A stretch of DNA of 63,189 bases, counting the filler. It is 7 parts of 7 records of this genome, joined end to end, with 100 filler letters (N's around TTAATTAATTAA, not from the genome) between each part and the next. Parts side by side here need not be neighbours in the genome. Positions count along the whole stretch, not along the records: positions 49,384 to 54,614 come from SRR22947727_173; positions 54,715 to 63,189 come from SRR22947727_189; 5 more parts are not named here. The stretch is one strand, 5' to 3'. A program made the position numbers and the translations under genes. Numbering within the stretch: position 1 is the first letter of the stretch; every line of letters starts with the position of its first letter. Below, one piece after another: positions 51,675-61,581 of this stretch. Below the pieces are notes generated by a model. That model was not told the DNA's origin. It was given only the letters and a program-made list of their open reading frames with translations, and made no database searches.

Positions 51675-52832
51675 ATGAATAAAATTTTTAAAGTTGGATT
51701 AATTGGATGTGGTCATATTTCTGAGACATATTTTAGAGCTGAAAAATATTTTAATAATATAAAAATTGTTAAGTGTGCAGATATAAATCTAATCAACGCA
51801 AAAAAATGTGCTAAAATTAATAAGATTAAAGCATTAACCGTTAAAGAATTATTAAAAGACAAAGAAATAGAAATAATATTAAATTTAACAATTCCTAAAG
51901 CTCATTACCAAGTAGCTAAACAAGCTTTAACTAATGGTAAACATGTATATTCAGAAAAACCATTAGCAATTAATTTTAAAGATGGTCAGGAGTTACTAAG
52001 ACTTTCAAAAAAGAAAAAACTTTATATAGGCAATGCTCCTGATACTTTTTTGGGTGGAGGTATTCAAAAATCAAAAGAACTAGTGGATAAAAAAATAATT
52101 GGTAAAATTAATTTAGGTAATGCTATTTTTGCTTTTCCAGGAGTTCAGTCTTACCATCCTAACCCAGAACCTTGGTTTGCAAAAAAAGAAGGTGGTCCTG
52201 TAATAGATATGGGCCCTTATTATTTAACAGCTTTAGTGAATTTATTAGGTCCTGCTAAAAAAGTATCAGGTAGTGTTGTTAAGGGAGTTAAAAGAAGAAC
52301 TATAGGAATAGGTCCTAGAAAAAATAAAACTTTTAAAGTTGAATGTCCTACAACCTATTTATCAACAATTACTTTTGAAAATGGAACTGTAATTAGATTA
52401 ACACTTTCATTTGATGTAATTGCACATCAAAGAAATCATATAGAATTATATGGAGATAAAGGTTCAATGATTGTGCCAGATCCAAATATGTTTGGTGGTT
52501 CCGTTTATGTTTGTAAAAAATTAGGTAATCCTTGGAGTGAATATAAAACTAATAAAATGCCTTTAGGTAAAATTAATATTAGATCACAAAGCTCTAGAGC
52601 AAATGAGTCTGCAACAAATGCTAATTATAGAGGGGCTGGTTTAGCAGAAATGGCATATTCAATAGAAAATAAAAAAATGAACAAATGTAATGGTGAGCTT
52701 TCACTACATGTTTTAGATATTATTCAATCAACAATGAAAGCTTGTACATCAGGTAAACTACAATCAATCAAAACAACTTGTGCCAAGCCCCAACCTTTTT
52801 CTTTGAAAGACATAAAAAAAATAATAAAGTGA
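51675..52832 (+). CDS. Gfo/Idh/MocA family oxidoreductase (possible cyclitol dehydrogenase)
   Basis: GCGHIS, NLTIP.AH, HVYSEKP, APDTFLG, DMGPYY, PDPNMFGG. Confidence 0.9.
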   Translation: MNKIFKVGLIGCGHISETYFRAEKYFNNIKIVKCADINLINAKKCAKINKIKALTVKELLKDKEIEIILNLTIPKAHYQVAKQALTNGKHVYSEKPLAINFKDGQELLRLSKKKKLYIGNAPDTFLGGGIQKSKELVDKKIIGKINLGNAIFAFPGVQSYHPNPEPWFAKKEGGPVIDMGPYYLTALVNLLGPAKKVSGSVVKGVKRRTIGIGPRKNKTFKVECPTTYLSTITFENGTVIRLTLSFDVIAHQRNHIELYGDKGSMIVPDPNMFGGSVYVCKKLGNPWSEYKTNKMPLGKINIRSQSSRANESATNANYRGAGLAEMAYSIENKKMNKCNGELSLHVLDIIQSTMKACTSGKLQSIKTTCAKPQPFSLKDIKKIIK

Positions 52833-52850
52833 TTATTTAAATAACAATTT

Positions 52851-53873
52851 ATGGCAAAATTAATCGTTATATCTGACCCTTACCCAAGAACACTTGATCT
52901 TATTTTTACAAAAAAAAAACTTAAAGAGTTAAAGTCTAAATATGAAATAATAACTCCTCCAAAAATTAATAAAAAAAAATTTTATGAAAATAATATTCAT
53001 AAAGCTGCCTTTATAATGGGTCAACCTGATCTTGATATGTCTCTTTTATCAAAAGCAAAAAAGCTTAAAGCAGTAATTAATGTTGAAAGTAATTTTATGG
53101 ATAATATTGATTATGAATACTGTTTTAAAAAAGGGATTCACGTTATTGCAACTTCTCCAGTATTTTCGAAACCTGTAGCTGAGCTAGCCTTAGGTTTAAC
53201 CCTATCTTTATTAAGAGATATTCATAATTCACATAAAGATTTTCTTAATAAAACAGAAAAATATGGCTTAGAAAGCAATTTAAAATCCTCTTTATTAAGT
53301 GAAAAAAAAATTGGTCTCCTAGGTTATGGAGACTTAGCAAAAGCTTTAACACCTTTATTAGTACCTTTTTCAAGAAATATTAATGTTTATGATCCTTGGG
53401 TTCCTAGTAAAACTATTAAAGATGATGGTTTTAATACAATCACTCTAGAGAATATGTTTAAAACTTGTGATGTAATTTATGTATTGGCAGCAATTACTAA
53501 AAATAATCAGTCTCTTATTGATAAAAAACTTCTTGATAAATTAAAATCAAATTCTTTATTTATTTTAATGAGTAGAGCGGCTGTTGTTAATTTTGATGAC
53601 CTGATTAGAAGAGTTAAAAAAGGTGATATCTATGTGGCAACAGATGTGTTTCCTGAAGAACCAGTTAAAAAAAATGACCCAATAAGAAAAGTAAAAAATT
53701 TTTTATTTTCAGCACATCGTGCTGGAGCATTAAAGGATACCTTTACAGAAATGGGTGAAATTGTCTTAGAAGACATGAGATTAATTTCAAAAAATTTACC
53801 ACCAAGACTGTGCAAAAGAGCAGAAAGAGAAACTGTAAGGTTAATTAGATCAAAACCTGTTGCAATTAATTAA
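52851..53873 (+). CDS. D-isomer-specific 2-hydroxyacid dehydrogenase family protein
   Basis: VAELALG, GYGDLA, YDPW, SRA, DVFPEEP, SAHRAG. Confidence 0.88.
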   Translation: MAKLIVISDPYPRTLDLIFTKKKLKELKSKYEIITPPKINKKKFYENNIHKAAFIMGQPDLDMSLLSKAKKLKAVINVESNFMDNIDYEYCFKKGIHVIATSPVFSKPVAELALGLTLSLLRDIHNSHKDFLNKTEKYGLESNLKSSLLSEKKIGLLGYGDLAKALTPLLVPFSRNINVYDPWVPSKTIKDDGFNTITLENMFKTCDVIYVLAAITKNNQSLIDKKLLDKLKSNSLFILMSRAAVVNFDDLIRRVKKGDIYVATDVFPEEPVKKNDPIRKVKNFLFSAHRAGALKDTFTEMGEIVLEDMRLISKNLPPRLCKRAERETVRLIRSKPVAIN

Positions 53874-53894
53874 TTTTTTTTTTAAGTTGCTACA

Positions 53895-54614
53895 ATGTCT
53901 TATTCAAATAAAATAATTTTAGAAGCAAAAGGCATAAGTAAGTATTTTGGAACAATCACAGCATTAGAGAATGTTAATCTGACCATTAAAGAAGGGGAGT
54001 GTTTGGGTGTTGTTGGTGATAACGGTGCAGGAAAATCTACTTTCATGAAAGTTTTATCTGGCCTTTATAAACCAAGTAAAGGAGCTCTATATTTTAATAG
54101 CAACGAAGAAGTACTTGAAAGTCCGCGAGACTCTCAAAATTTAGGACTTGAGATGGTTTATCAAGATCTTGCTTTAGCAGGAAATTTACCTATCGGAGAA
54201 AATATTTTCCTTGGTCGTGAACCAACTAAAAAATTAGGTTTTTTAAAACTGCTTGATTATAAAAAGATTAAAGAAATGTCAGAAGCGCATTTAGATAAAT
54301 TAAAAATCCATGTAAAAAGTGCAGATCAAAAAGTTGAAGAACTGTCTGGAGGTCAAAGACAAGCGATTGCAATAGCAAGAGCTACAGCATTTAACTCCAA
54401 ATTGGTAATCATGGATGAACCTACGGCTGCTTTAGCAATTAAAGAAGTTGGAAAAGTTTTAGATCTTATTAATAGTTTAAAAAAAATGGGTGTAAGTGTA
54501 ATTATAATCAGCCATAGAATGGATGATATTTTTGCAGTCTGCGATAGAGTAATGGCACTTTTTCAAGGAACAAACTTTGCAGAATCTGAATTATCAAAAA
54601 CTTCTAGAGATGAA
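53895..54614 (+). CDS. Sugar ABC transporter ATP-binding protein (single NBD), truncated by contig end
   Basis: GDNGAGKST, VYQDLAL, LSGGQRQ, MDEPTAAL, ISH. Confidence 0.93.
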
Positions 54615-54714
54615 NNNNNNNNNNNNNNNNNNNNNNNNNNNNNNNNNNNNNNNNNNNNTTAATTAATTAANNNNNNNNNNNNNNNNNNNNNNNNNNNNNN
54701 NNNNNNNNNNNNNN
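54615..54714. other. Artificial contig spacer
   Basis: 44 N + TTAATTAATTAA + 44 N. Confidence 0.99.
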
Positions 54715-54847
54715 GTGACGTTGGATGATTAACTAATTTTTTTTGTTTGTTATTTAAGTTTAAATTTCTATTTATTTTTTGATTTGAAGAGTTTAATAGC
54801 TTTTCAGATGCATCAACTATTTCTTTAATTGAAAATATTTTGATCAT
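54715..54847 (-). CDS. Hypothetical protein, 5' fragment
   Basis: MIKIFSIKEIVDASEKLLNS... runs into the spacer. Confidence 0.65.
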
Positions 54848-54905
54848 AGATTCAACCTAAGGTTTTATGAAAAATTGTCAATATTGTTCGACTTAAAATT
54901 TCTTA

Positions 54906-55916
54906 TTATGATTTTGTAAAACGACTCAAATTTGTACCTTTTTGACTCATCTCACCTTCTATCCAATTATATGTTTTAGCTAAACCCTCTTTTAAACTCA
55001 TTTTATAACTCCAATTTAAAACTTTTTTAACTAGATCATTATCGCTAGATCTTCCTCTCACACCTTTTGGTTTATCTAATTGATAATTTTTTTTAAACTC
55101 TCCACTCTTAGAAATTCCTTCTATTATCTGTATCATTTGATTTATTGAAACTTGTTCATCACTCCCAATATTTACCGGATCTGAATAATCTGATTCAAAC
55201 AATCTTAAAGTACCTTCTACGCATTCATCCACATATAAAAAAGTTCTTGTTTGCTCGCCATCTCCCCAAACATCAATGGTATCATTTTTATTTTTTTTTG
55301 CTTGTATTACTTTCCTACAAAGAGCGGCAGGTGCTTTTTCTCTTCCACCATCATATGTGCCATAAGGTCCATAAATATTATGATATCTCGCAACTCTTAC
55401 CTCTAGACCATAATCTTCCATAAAATGTCTGCACATTCTTTCACTAAATAATTTTTCCCATCCATATCCATCTTCAGGGTCTGCTGGATAAGCATCTTCT
55501 TCTTTAAGTCCTTCGATAAAAACATCTTGCTGTTTAGTTTTGTTATATGCGCATGCACTAGATGAAAAGAAATATCTTTGAACTTTATTTTCGTTACAAG
55601 CAATTAATAAATTGGTATTAATTAATACTGATTGCATACATTCAGCTTTATTGTTTTCAATAAATCCCATGCCACCCATATTGCAAGCCATATTAAAAAC
55701 ATAATCAACATCTTTTGTAACCTTTCTACAATTTAAGATATCTTTCATATCTGTAGAATAATAATTTTTAACATTTTCAAAATCTTGAAACCAATATTCT
55801 TTAGGCTTAATATCTGTTGCAACAACAGAATTTCCATTATCTAATATTTTTTTTACTAGATGTCCCCCAATGAATCCTCCAGCACCAACAATTAAAACTT
55901 TTTTATTTTTATCCAT
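54906..55916 (-). CDS. GDP-mannose 3,5-epimerase-like SDR
   Basis: GAGGFIG, MGGMGFI, SSAC, YGWEK, HNIYGP.GT..GGREKAPAA.CRK, WGDG.QTR, GVRGR as in plant GME. Confidence 0.88.
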   Translation of the reverse strand: MDKNKKVLIVGAGGFIGGHLVKKILDNGNSVVATDIKPKEYWFQDFENVKNYYSTDMKDILNCRKVTKDVDYVFNMACNMGGMGFIENNKAECMQSVLINTNLLIACNENKVQRYFFSSSACAYNKTKQQDVFIEGLKEEDAYPADPEDGYGWEKLFSERMCRHFMEDYGLEVRVARYHNIYGPYGTYDGGREKAPAALCRKVIQAKKNKNDTIDVWGDGEQTRTFLYVDECVEGTLRLFESDYSDPVNIGSDEQVSINQMIQIIEGISKSGEFKKNYQLDKPKGVRGRSSDNDLVKKVLNWSYKMSLKEGLAKTYNWIEGEMSQKGTNLSRFTKS

Positions 55917-55973
55917 TAAACTTATAATAACCTTATATTAGAAATATTTATAACAAATTATTAATATGATATA

Positions 55974-56777
55974 CTAGAAGTTTTTAAGTATTATATTGTG
56001 TGATACTTGCTTATTTACAAATTTAAATTTACCCTCTTTAAAACTTGGATAGTAAATATTAAAATTCATTTTTTTTAGTTTACCTAATAAACTATTATTT
56101 AATGTTTCTAAATACATTAATACTTTGTTATTTTTAATTATATTTAGAGAGCCTTCAATTAACTTATCTTCGTGTCCCTCAACATCAATTTTAATAAATA
56201 TACTTTGATTTTTTAGATCATATAAATTATCTAATCTATCAATTATTATTTTTTGTTTATCATTATGATTATTATTCTTAAATCCTGGATTTATAGTTGC
56301 CGTTCCTATATTAGCGTCTGTGTTTGAAAAATGTAGAAAGCTTTCTCCAATTTCATTTGATAATGCAATTTTATGGAAAATATGTCCCTCGAAAGCATTG
56401 TTAATTTGGAAATTATTAATTAATTTTTTATAAGAATATTCTAGTGGTTCAAAACATATAATTTTTAGATTTTTTTCATTACAAAATGGCAAACTTATAG
56501 TGCCTGAGTTACTCCCAATATCAAAAAAGTATCTAAATTGAGATATTTCTGTCTTAATATAATTGACTAGTCCTTTTTCTAATCCGCCATAAAAATAAAC
56601 TCCCCAGTCTATAAAGTTGCTTGTTATTCCTTCATATTTTTTATTAAAGTAATCTGTATTAAATTTTTTTCCAGAATTTAAGTTTCGATCAGGTGAATAT
56701 AAAAATCGTATTATTTTGTCTTTGCCTATAAAATATGGAAATTTTCTTCCTAGTATTTTTGCGATTGTTTTTTTCAT
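55974..56777 (-). CDS. FkbM-family SAM methyltransferase
   Basis: FDIGSNSG, FEP, IKIDVEGHE. Confidence 0.9.
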   Translation of the reverse strand: MKKTIAKILGRKFPYFIGKDKIIRFLYSPDRNLNSGKKFNTDYFNKKYEGITSNFIDWGVYFYGGLEKGLVNYIKTEISQFRYFFDIGSNSGTISLPFCNEKNLKIICFEPLEYSYKKLINNFQINNAFEGHIFHKIALSNEIGESFLHFSNTDANIGTATINPGFKNNNHNDKQKIIIDRLDNLYDLKNQSIFIKIDVEGHEDKLIEGSLNIIKNNKVLMYLETLNNSLLGKLKKMNFNIYYPSFKEGKFKFVNKQVSHNIILKNF

Positions 56778-56841
56778 TTGTATAGTGAATTTTAAATTAT
56801 ATCTTCATTACTAGAGCATTTATAAATCAATTATTTAAATG

Positions 56842-57603
56842 TTATATGTTTACAATAATTTGACCAGATAACCTATCATACTTCAATTCAAAATTACTTT
56901 TTTCAAAATATTCTTTAACAGCATCTTGTACTCCTTTGAAATTAATATAATTGTCAATTATCAAAATTCCCCCTTTTTGTATTCGTGGAAATAATATTTT
57001 TAATTCTTTCTTGGTGCTTTCGTACAAGCAAGTATCAAGTTTAAGAATTGAGATTTTTTTTGGGATATTATTTTCATCTATTAATGTGTTTTCAACCTTG
57101 CCTTTAATTAAAACAATATTTTTTGAACTTATCGTATTATTTTCAATATTCATTCGTACATCTGTAAACGAACAGTAGTTCCAGTTTGATGAATCTTCAT
57201 TAATTTTATTTATTTCAAATCTAGATCTCATTGAAGATCCATCTTTTGCAATATCTTTTTGGCTAGGCTTTGGAAAGCCTTCGAAAGTATCGTAACCAAA
57301 TATCTTTTTTTCTTTAATTTTATTAAGATCCAGTATTTTGTTAAAAAAAACTATACTTATACCCTTCCAAATACCACATTCAACAATATCACCTTCAATT
57401 TTATTATTTATTATTTTTTTTATACAAAAGAAATTCACCCATAAATCATAAATCGTTGAAGTGTTTATATTTAAATTATTACATTGTTTGATAGTATGAC
57501 ATATTTCACTTTTATATATTAAACAAAAATATAGATTAAGAAATTTTATGATTAAACTTTTAAATTTACCTTTGATAATTTTTAGACTTTTATAGTTAAA
57601 CAT
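56842..57603 (-). CDS. TylF/MycF/NovP-family O-methyltransferase
   Basis: EGDIVECGIWKG, DTFEGFP, LIKG..ENTL, LKLDTCLYEST, GGILIID.Y. Confidence 0.92.
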   Translation of the reverse strand: MFNYKSLKIIKGKFKSLIIKFLNLYFCLIYKSEICHTIKQCNNLNINTSTIYDLWVNFFCIKKIINNKIEGDIVECGIWKGISIVFFNKILDLNKIKEKKIFGYDTFEGFPKPSQKDIAKDGSSMRSRFEINKINEDSSNWNYCSFTDVRMNIENNTISSKNIVLIKGKVENTLIDENNIPKKISILKLDTCLYESTKKELKILFPRIQKGGILIIDNYINFKGVQDAVKEYFEKSNFELKYDRLSGQIIVNI

Positions 57604-58459
57604 TTATTTTAAATTTTTTAAGAATTTTAATCTCTTTTTTGAATTCATTTTGTAAAAATTTTTTTATTCTTTTATCCATGGGTTTTGTTGGTCTACCAAT
57701 ACCTAAACTTTTGACATTTAAGATTTTCACTATTTTATTTCTTAAAGTTTTTGAGAAGTTCGATGATAATATTTTTTTTATAAATTCATTATCAACTTTT
57801 GTTGATTTGTTCACTATTTTTCTGTGTACGTCCTGATAATTAATATTTAAAAAAATAAATGTTTTTTTAAGTACTTTTTTATAATCTTTTTGTAAATCCT
57901 TATAAGATAAAATTAATAAATTTTTCTTAGGTATAATCTTTTTAACTTTTATTAATTGTGTACCTAGAGAACATATTTTTTTATACTGTAATAATTCATT
58001 ATACTTATTGTATAGCTTATCAGTAGGTTTAATGTTCAATCTTTTAGTTTGTAAATTCCATGCTTTCATAAAATTACTTTCAGGTTCTTGTCCTGCAAAA
58101 TTTAACATATTATGAAGAGTATAAGACATAGATATAGGATTTCTTATTAATACAATAAATTTAGATTTAGAGTTAAACTTAAGTATATTTTTAACTGCAA
58201 CTTGAGAATATAAATAAAAAGGTGAGCCCTCAGCAATATAATTATAATTTTTTTTTCGAAAATTAAAATATTTATTAAGATATGCATCTATATTTTTTAC
58301 TTTACTTAATTTATGTAAAATTTTTATATCCTTACAGAAATAATCTATTTCTTTGTGAGTGGCCCATTTAATGCTGTTATGTTGTTTTAGCATATAACAA
58401 AAAGCAGTAGTTCCACATTTTGGACCACCAATTAAAAATAAATTAGGCTTAGCTTTCAT
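57596..58459 (-). CDS. PAPS-dependent sulfotransferase
   Basis: GGPKCGTT (5'-PSB), KE..YF, EGSP.YL, RNP...YT (3'-PB). Confidence 0.9.
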   Translation of the reverse strand: MKAKPNLFLIGGPKCGTTAFCYMLKQHNSIKWATHKEIDYFCKDIKILHKLSKVKNIDAYLNKYFNFRKKNYNYIAEGSPFYLYSQVAVKNILKFNSKSKFIVLIRNPISMSYTLHNMLNFAGQEPESNFMKAWNLQTKRLNIKPTDKLYNKYNELLQYKKICSLGTQLIKVKKIIPKKNLLILSYKDLQKDYKKVLKKTFIFLNINYQDVHRKIVNKSTKVDNEFIKKILSSNFSKTLRNKIVKILNVKSLGIGRPTKPMDKRIKKFLQNEFKKEIKILKKFKINV

Positions 58460-58540
58460 TATTTGATTTTATAAAAAGAATTAAATTATTATGATTAGTA
58501 TATGTATTAAAATTTGAAAACAAAATATTAAATTCAAAAA

Positions 58541-59875
58541 TTATTGTACTCGTTCATTAATTAAATTTTTTGCAGAAAATGTGCTATATATTAAAATTAA
58601 TATTGATCCAATTAAATTACATATAAATAAATATATATAAGAGTAGTTCAGATTAAAAAGTGAATAAGCAATAATTATAATTAAAATATTAATCACAACT
58701 TGAAAAAAAGTGATTTTAAAAAACTTATTAATTGATTTATTGATAAAAGACACTGAGCTTGCAAATATAAAAATGCTTGAATCAAATATTATAAGAAATA
58801 AAATAAGATAATTTAACTCATATGAGTTGTTAAGCCATAGGTTGTAAATTAATTTGCCAAATATTAAAAAAAAAATTATAAGTAAAAGATTATAAATTAA
58901 TCCAATCTTTAGATAATTTGAGTATGTAGTCTTTAACAAGCTAAAATTTTTAATTGCATATAACCTTGTAAATTCATAAAAAATCACTTTTGCAACAATA
59001 CCCCAGGTTCTTATTGGTAAAAAATAAAATAATGTTTTCAAAGTACTTACTAAACCAACTATTTGTGGAGTAAAAAATAAACCCAAAATAATAATTTGGT
59101 AACTATTCTTTAAAATACCAGAGATTGTTTCAAGATAATATGAGGTTGATAATTTAAATAAATTAAACATTTTATTTTTTGAGATATGTTTTAAATTAAA
59201 TGACAATTCTGTTTTGCCAATTATAAAATAAAAATAATAAATTATTATCTTTAAAATCGTTGCAATTAAAAGTGCAAGCGCTGCAAATAATAAATTTTTG
59301 AATATTATTCCTAGCAGCAAAATTAATAATTTACTTAAAAAATCTGAAAATATTTCGATATATACATCTAAATCCAACTTACCCTTATATGTAAGAGCTG
59401 TTTTAAAAATATTATTTAATAAATTAATTAGAAAGGATATTATGATACAATATAATATAATTCTAATTTCATTTTTATTTAGAGTATTTAAGATATCTAA
59501 ATCAAAATTAAAATAGTTAAAAAATATAAATGATAATAATGCCAGCATTAAAACAAAAAAAATAATTAATACCGAAGAATTTACAAATATTTGATTAACT
59601 TTTTTTGTTTTTTTTTTATTATAAAAGATAGACATTTCTGTTCTTGCGGCCAAGTTTAAATTGAAATTAAGAATTGAAAATGCATAAGGTATTGCCGTTA
59701 AAAAAACCCATATACCAAAATTTTCTAATCCGTAAATATTTATCATTAATGGAGGAAATAAAATTTGTATAATAACTAAAGATATATTTAAGGATATTTG
59801 TGAAATGAAATTTTTCTTAATCCTTTTTTTGTTATTATTCGAAAAAGTTAAAAATAAATTTTTGAAAGCTTTCAT
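58541..59875 (-). CDS. wzx: Polysaccharide flippase (Wzx/MOP family)
   Basis: P..I...G.E.FG.W N-terminal MOP pattern, about 12 TM segments. Confidence 0.8.
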   Translation of the reverse strand: MKAFKNLFLTFSNNNKKRIKKNFISQISLNISLVIIQILFPPLMINIYGLENFGIWVFLTAIPYAFSILNFNLNLAARTEMSIFYNKKKTKKVNQIFVNSSVLIIFFVLMLALLSFIFFNYFNFDLDILNTLNKNEIRIILYCIIISFLINLLNNIFKTALTYKGKLDLDVYIEIFSDFLSKLLILLLGIIFKNLLFAALALLIATILKIIIYYFYFIIGKTELSFNLKHISKNKMFNLFKLSTSYYLETISGILKNSYQIIILGLFFTPQIVGLVSTLKTLFYFLPIRTWGIVAKVIFYEFTRLYAIKNFSLLKTTYSNYLKIGLIYNLLLIIFFLIFGKLIYNLWLNNSYELNYLILFLIIFDSSIFIFASSVSFINKSINKFFKITFFQVVINILIIIIAYSLFNLNYSYIYLFICNLIGSILILIYSTFSAKNLINERVQ

Positions 59876-59976
59876 TAAATTTTGATTTTATAAAATTAAT
59901 AAAATGAGATATTTAAACATTAAGTATATAATAATCTATTATATAAACATATATTAATATTCTTGAACAAGTTAAA

Positions 59977-61581
59977 ATGACAATTATAAAAAGTAATTCA
60001 GTAGAAAATAATACTACTTTTGAATCCAAAATTTGTATTATTGGATCAGGTATGAGTGCTCAAATTATTGCTTATGCATTAAAAAACAAAAATATAATTT
60101 TAGTAGAAAGTGGGAAAATTAATTATGACGAAAGTATACAAAATTTAAATCACTATGATGAAGAAGGATTAAAATTTAGAAAAGATCATAAAAATCGTAT
60201 TAGGCAACTTGGTGGTTCTGCTAATTTATGGGCTAATCAACTTATGACTTTAGATAAGGATGATATTGAAGAAAGAGATTGGGTCATAAATGACTTTGCG
60301 TGGCCTATATCATATTATGAACTTGAAAAATATTATGAAAAAATATCAAACATAATTTATAAAAAAAGTTTTAATAAAAATATATTTTCCGAATTTTTTC
60401 CAGAAAAGTATAAGAATGAAGAGTTTCAAAATTATTTTACAAATAGTGGTGAATTTATATTTAAAAATCACTTTTGGCCATCAAAAGTCGAAAATTTTAA
60501 TTTAAAATCAAATCTTACTTTAAATCTACTGAATTCGAAAAATTTGAGATTTATTGAAAATTTTACATGCACTAATTTAAATGTTTTTGAAGGTACTAAT
60601 AAAGTTAATAATATAGACATTCAATCTGAGACAAAAAAATGTAAAATTAAATCTAATATTTATATTTTAGCATGTGGCGCACTAGAGAATGCAAGAATAA
60701 TTTTAAACAACGAGAAAAAAAACCAATTATTCCACAATCACAATACTGGAAAGTATTTTATGGATCATCCAAGAAGAACTTTGGGTTTTTTAAAATTAAA
60801 AAAAAAAATTACTATTAATAATTTTTATGGGATCAAAAAGTTAAATAATGATTTTAAAACTAGTATAAAGTTATCATCAAAAATTATGAAGGAATATAAA
60901 TTACTCAATTCTCATTGTTATATAGATCCTAAATTCTCAGAGGAAGATTTATTGCTTTTTGAAAAAATTATATCTAATACAAAAAATTTAATTAAATTCA
61001 AACAGTTTCCCAAACTAGATTTTAAAATGTTTAATATAAATAAAATTTTTCAATTTATTTATTTTATGTTACCTAAACAATTATCTAATTCTTATTTAAA
61101 TTTGATTGTTTATTATTATTTGAGAAATTTTAAGCCTAATCTTATTTTTGATGAATTAAGTCTTAACCTTCAATCTGAACAAATGCCAAGTTATGCTAGT
61201 AGAGTTTTTTTAAGTAAAAATTTAGATAAATATAAGCAAAGTAAATTAATAATTGATTGGAATCTCAATAAATTAGATTTTGAAACTGCAAATCTTTTTC
61301 AAAAATTAATTAGAGAAAAAATAAAAAATTCACCTTTTTTTCTATTCAATGAACCTAAAAAAATTGAAATTACTGATGCAAGTCATCATTCAGGCACAAC
61401 CAGAATTTCAAAAAATAAAAATGATGGTGTGGTTGATTTAAATTGTAAGTTTCATGATATTGATAATCTATTTATATCTGGCAGCTCTACTTTTAGAGTA
61501 TCAGGTAGTGCCAATCCTGGTTTGACAAATCTAGCAATGTCATTAAGGTTAGGTGAGCATATTAATAAATTATATGACTAA
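59977..61581 (+). CDS. GMC-family FAD oxidoreductase
   Basis: IIGSGMS, RQLGGSANLW, LACGALENARI, G.YFMDH, HHSGTTR, GVVD, NPGLT. Confidence 0.88.
   Translation: MTIIKSNSVENNTTFESKICIIGSGMSAQIIAYALKNKNIILVESGKINYDESIQNLNHYDEEGLKFRKDHKNRIRQLGGSANLWANQLMTLDKDDIEERDWVINDFAWPISYYELEKYYEKISNIIYKKSFNKNIFSEFFPEKYKNEEFQNYFTNSGEFIFKNHFWPSKVENFNLKSNLTLNLLNSKNLRFIENFTCTNLNVFEGTNKVNNIDIQSETKKCKIKSNIYILACGALENARIILNNEKKNQLFHNHNTGKYFMDHPRRTLGFLKLKKKITINNFYGIKKLNNDFKTSIKLSSKIMKEYKLLNSHCYIDPKFSEEDLLLFEKIISNTKNLIKFKQFPKLDFKMFNINKIFQFIYFMLPKQLSNSYLNLIVYYYLRNFKPNLIFDELSLNLQSEQMPSYASRVFLSKNLDKYKQSKLIIDWNLNKLDFETANLFQKLIREKIKNSPFFLFNEPKKIEITDASHHSGTTRISKNKNDGVVDLNCKFHDIDNLFISGSSTFRVSGSANPGLTNLAMSLRLGEHINKLYD

Noticed and set aside
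15662-54714. Repeated TTAATTAATTAA element as a biological repeat or CRISPR-like array
   Set aside because: Always centred in exactly 44+44 N; a synthetic contig linker
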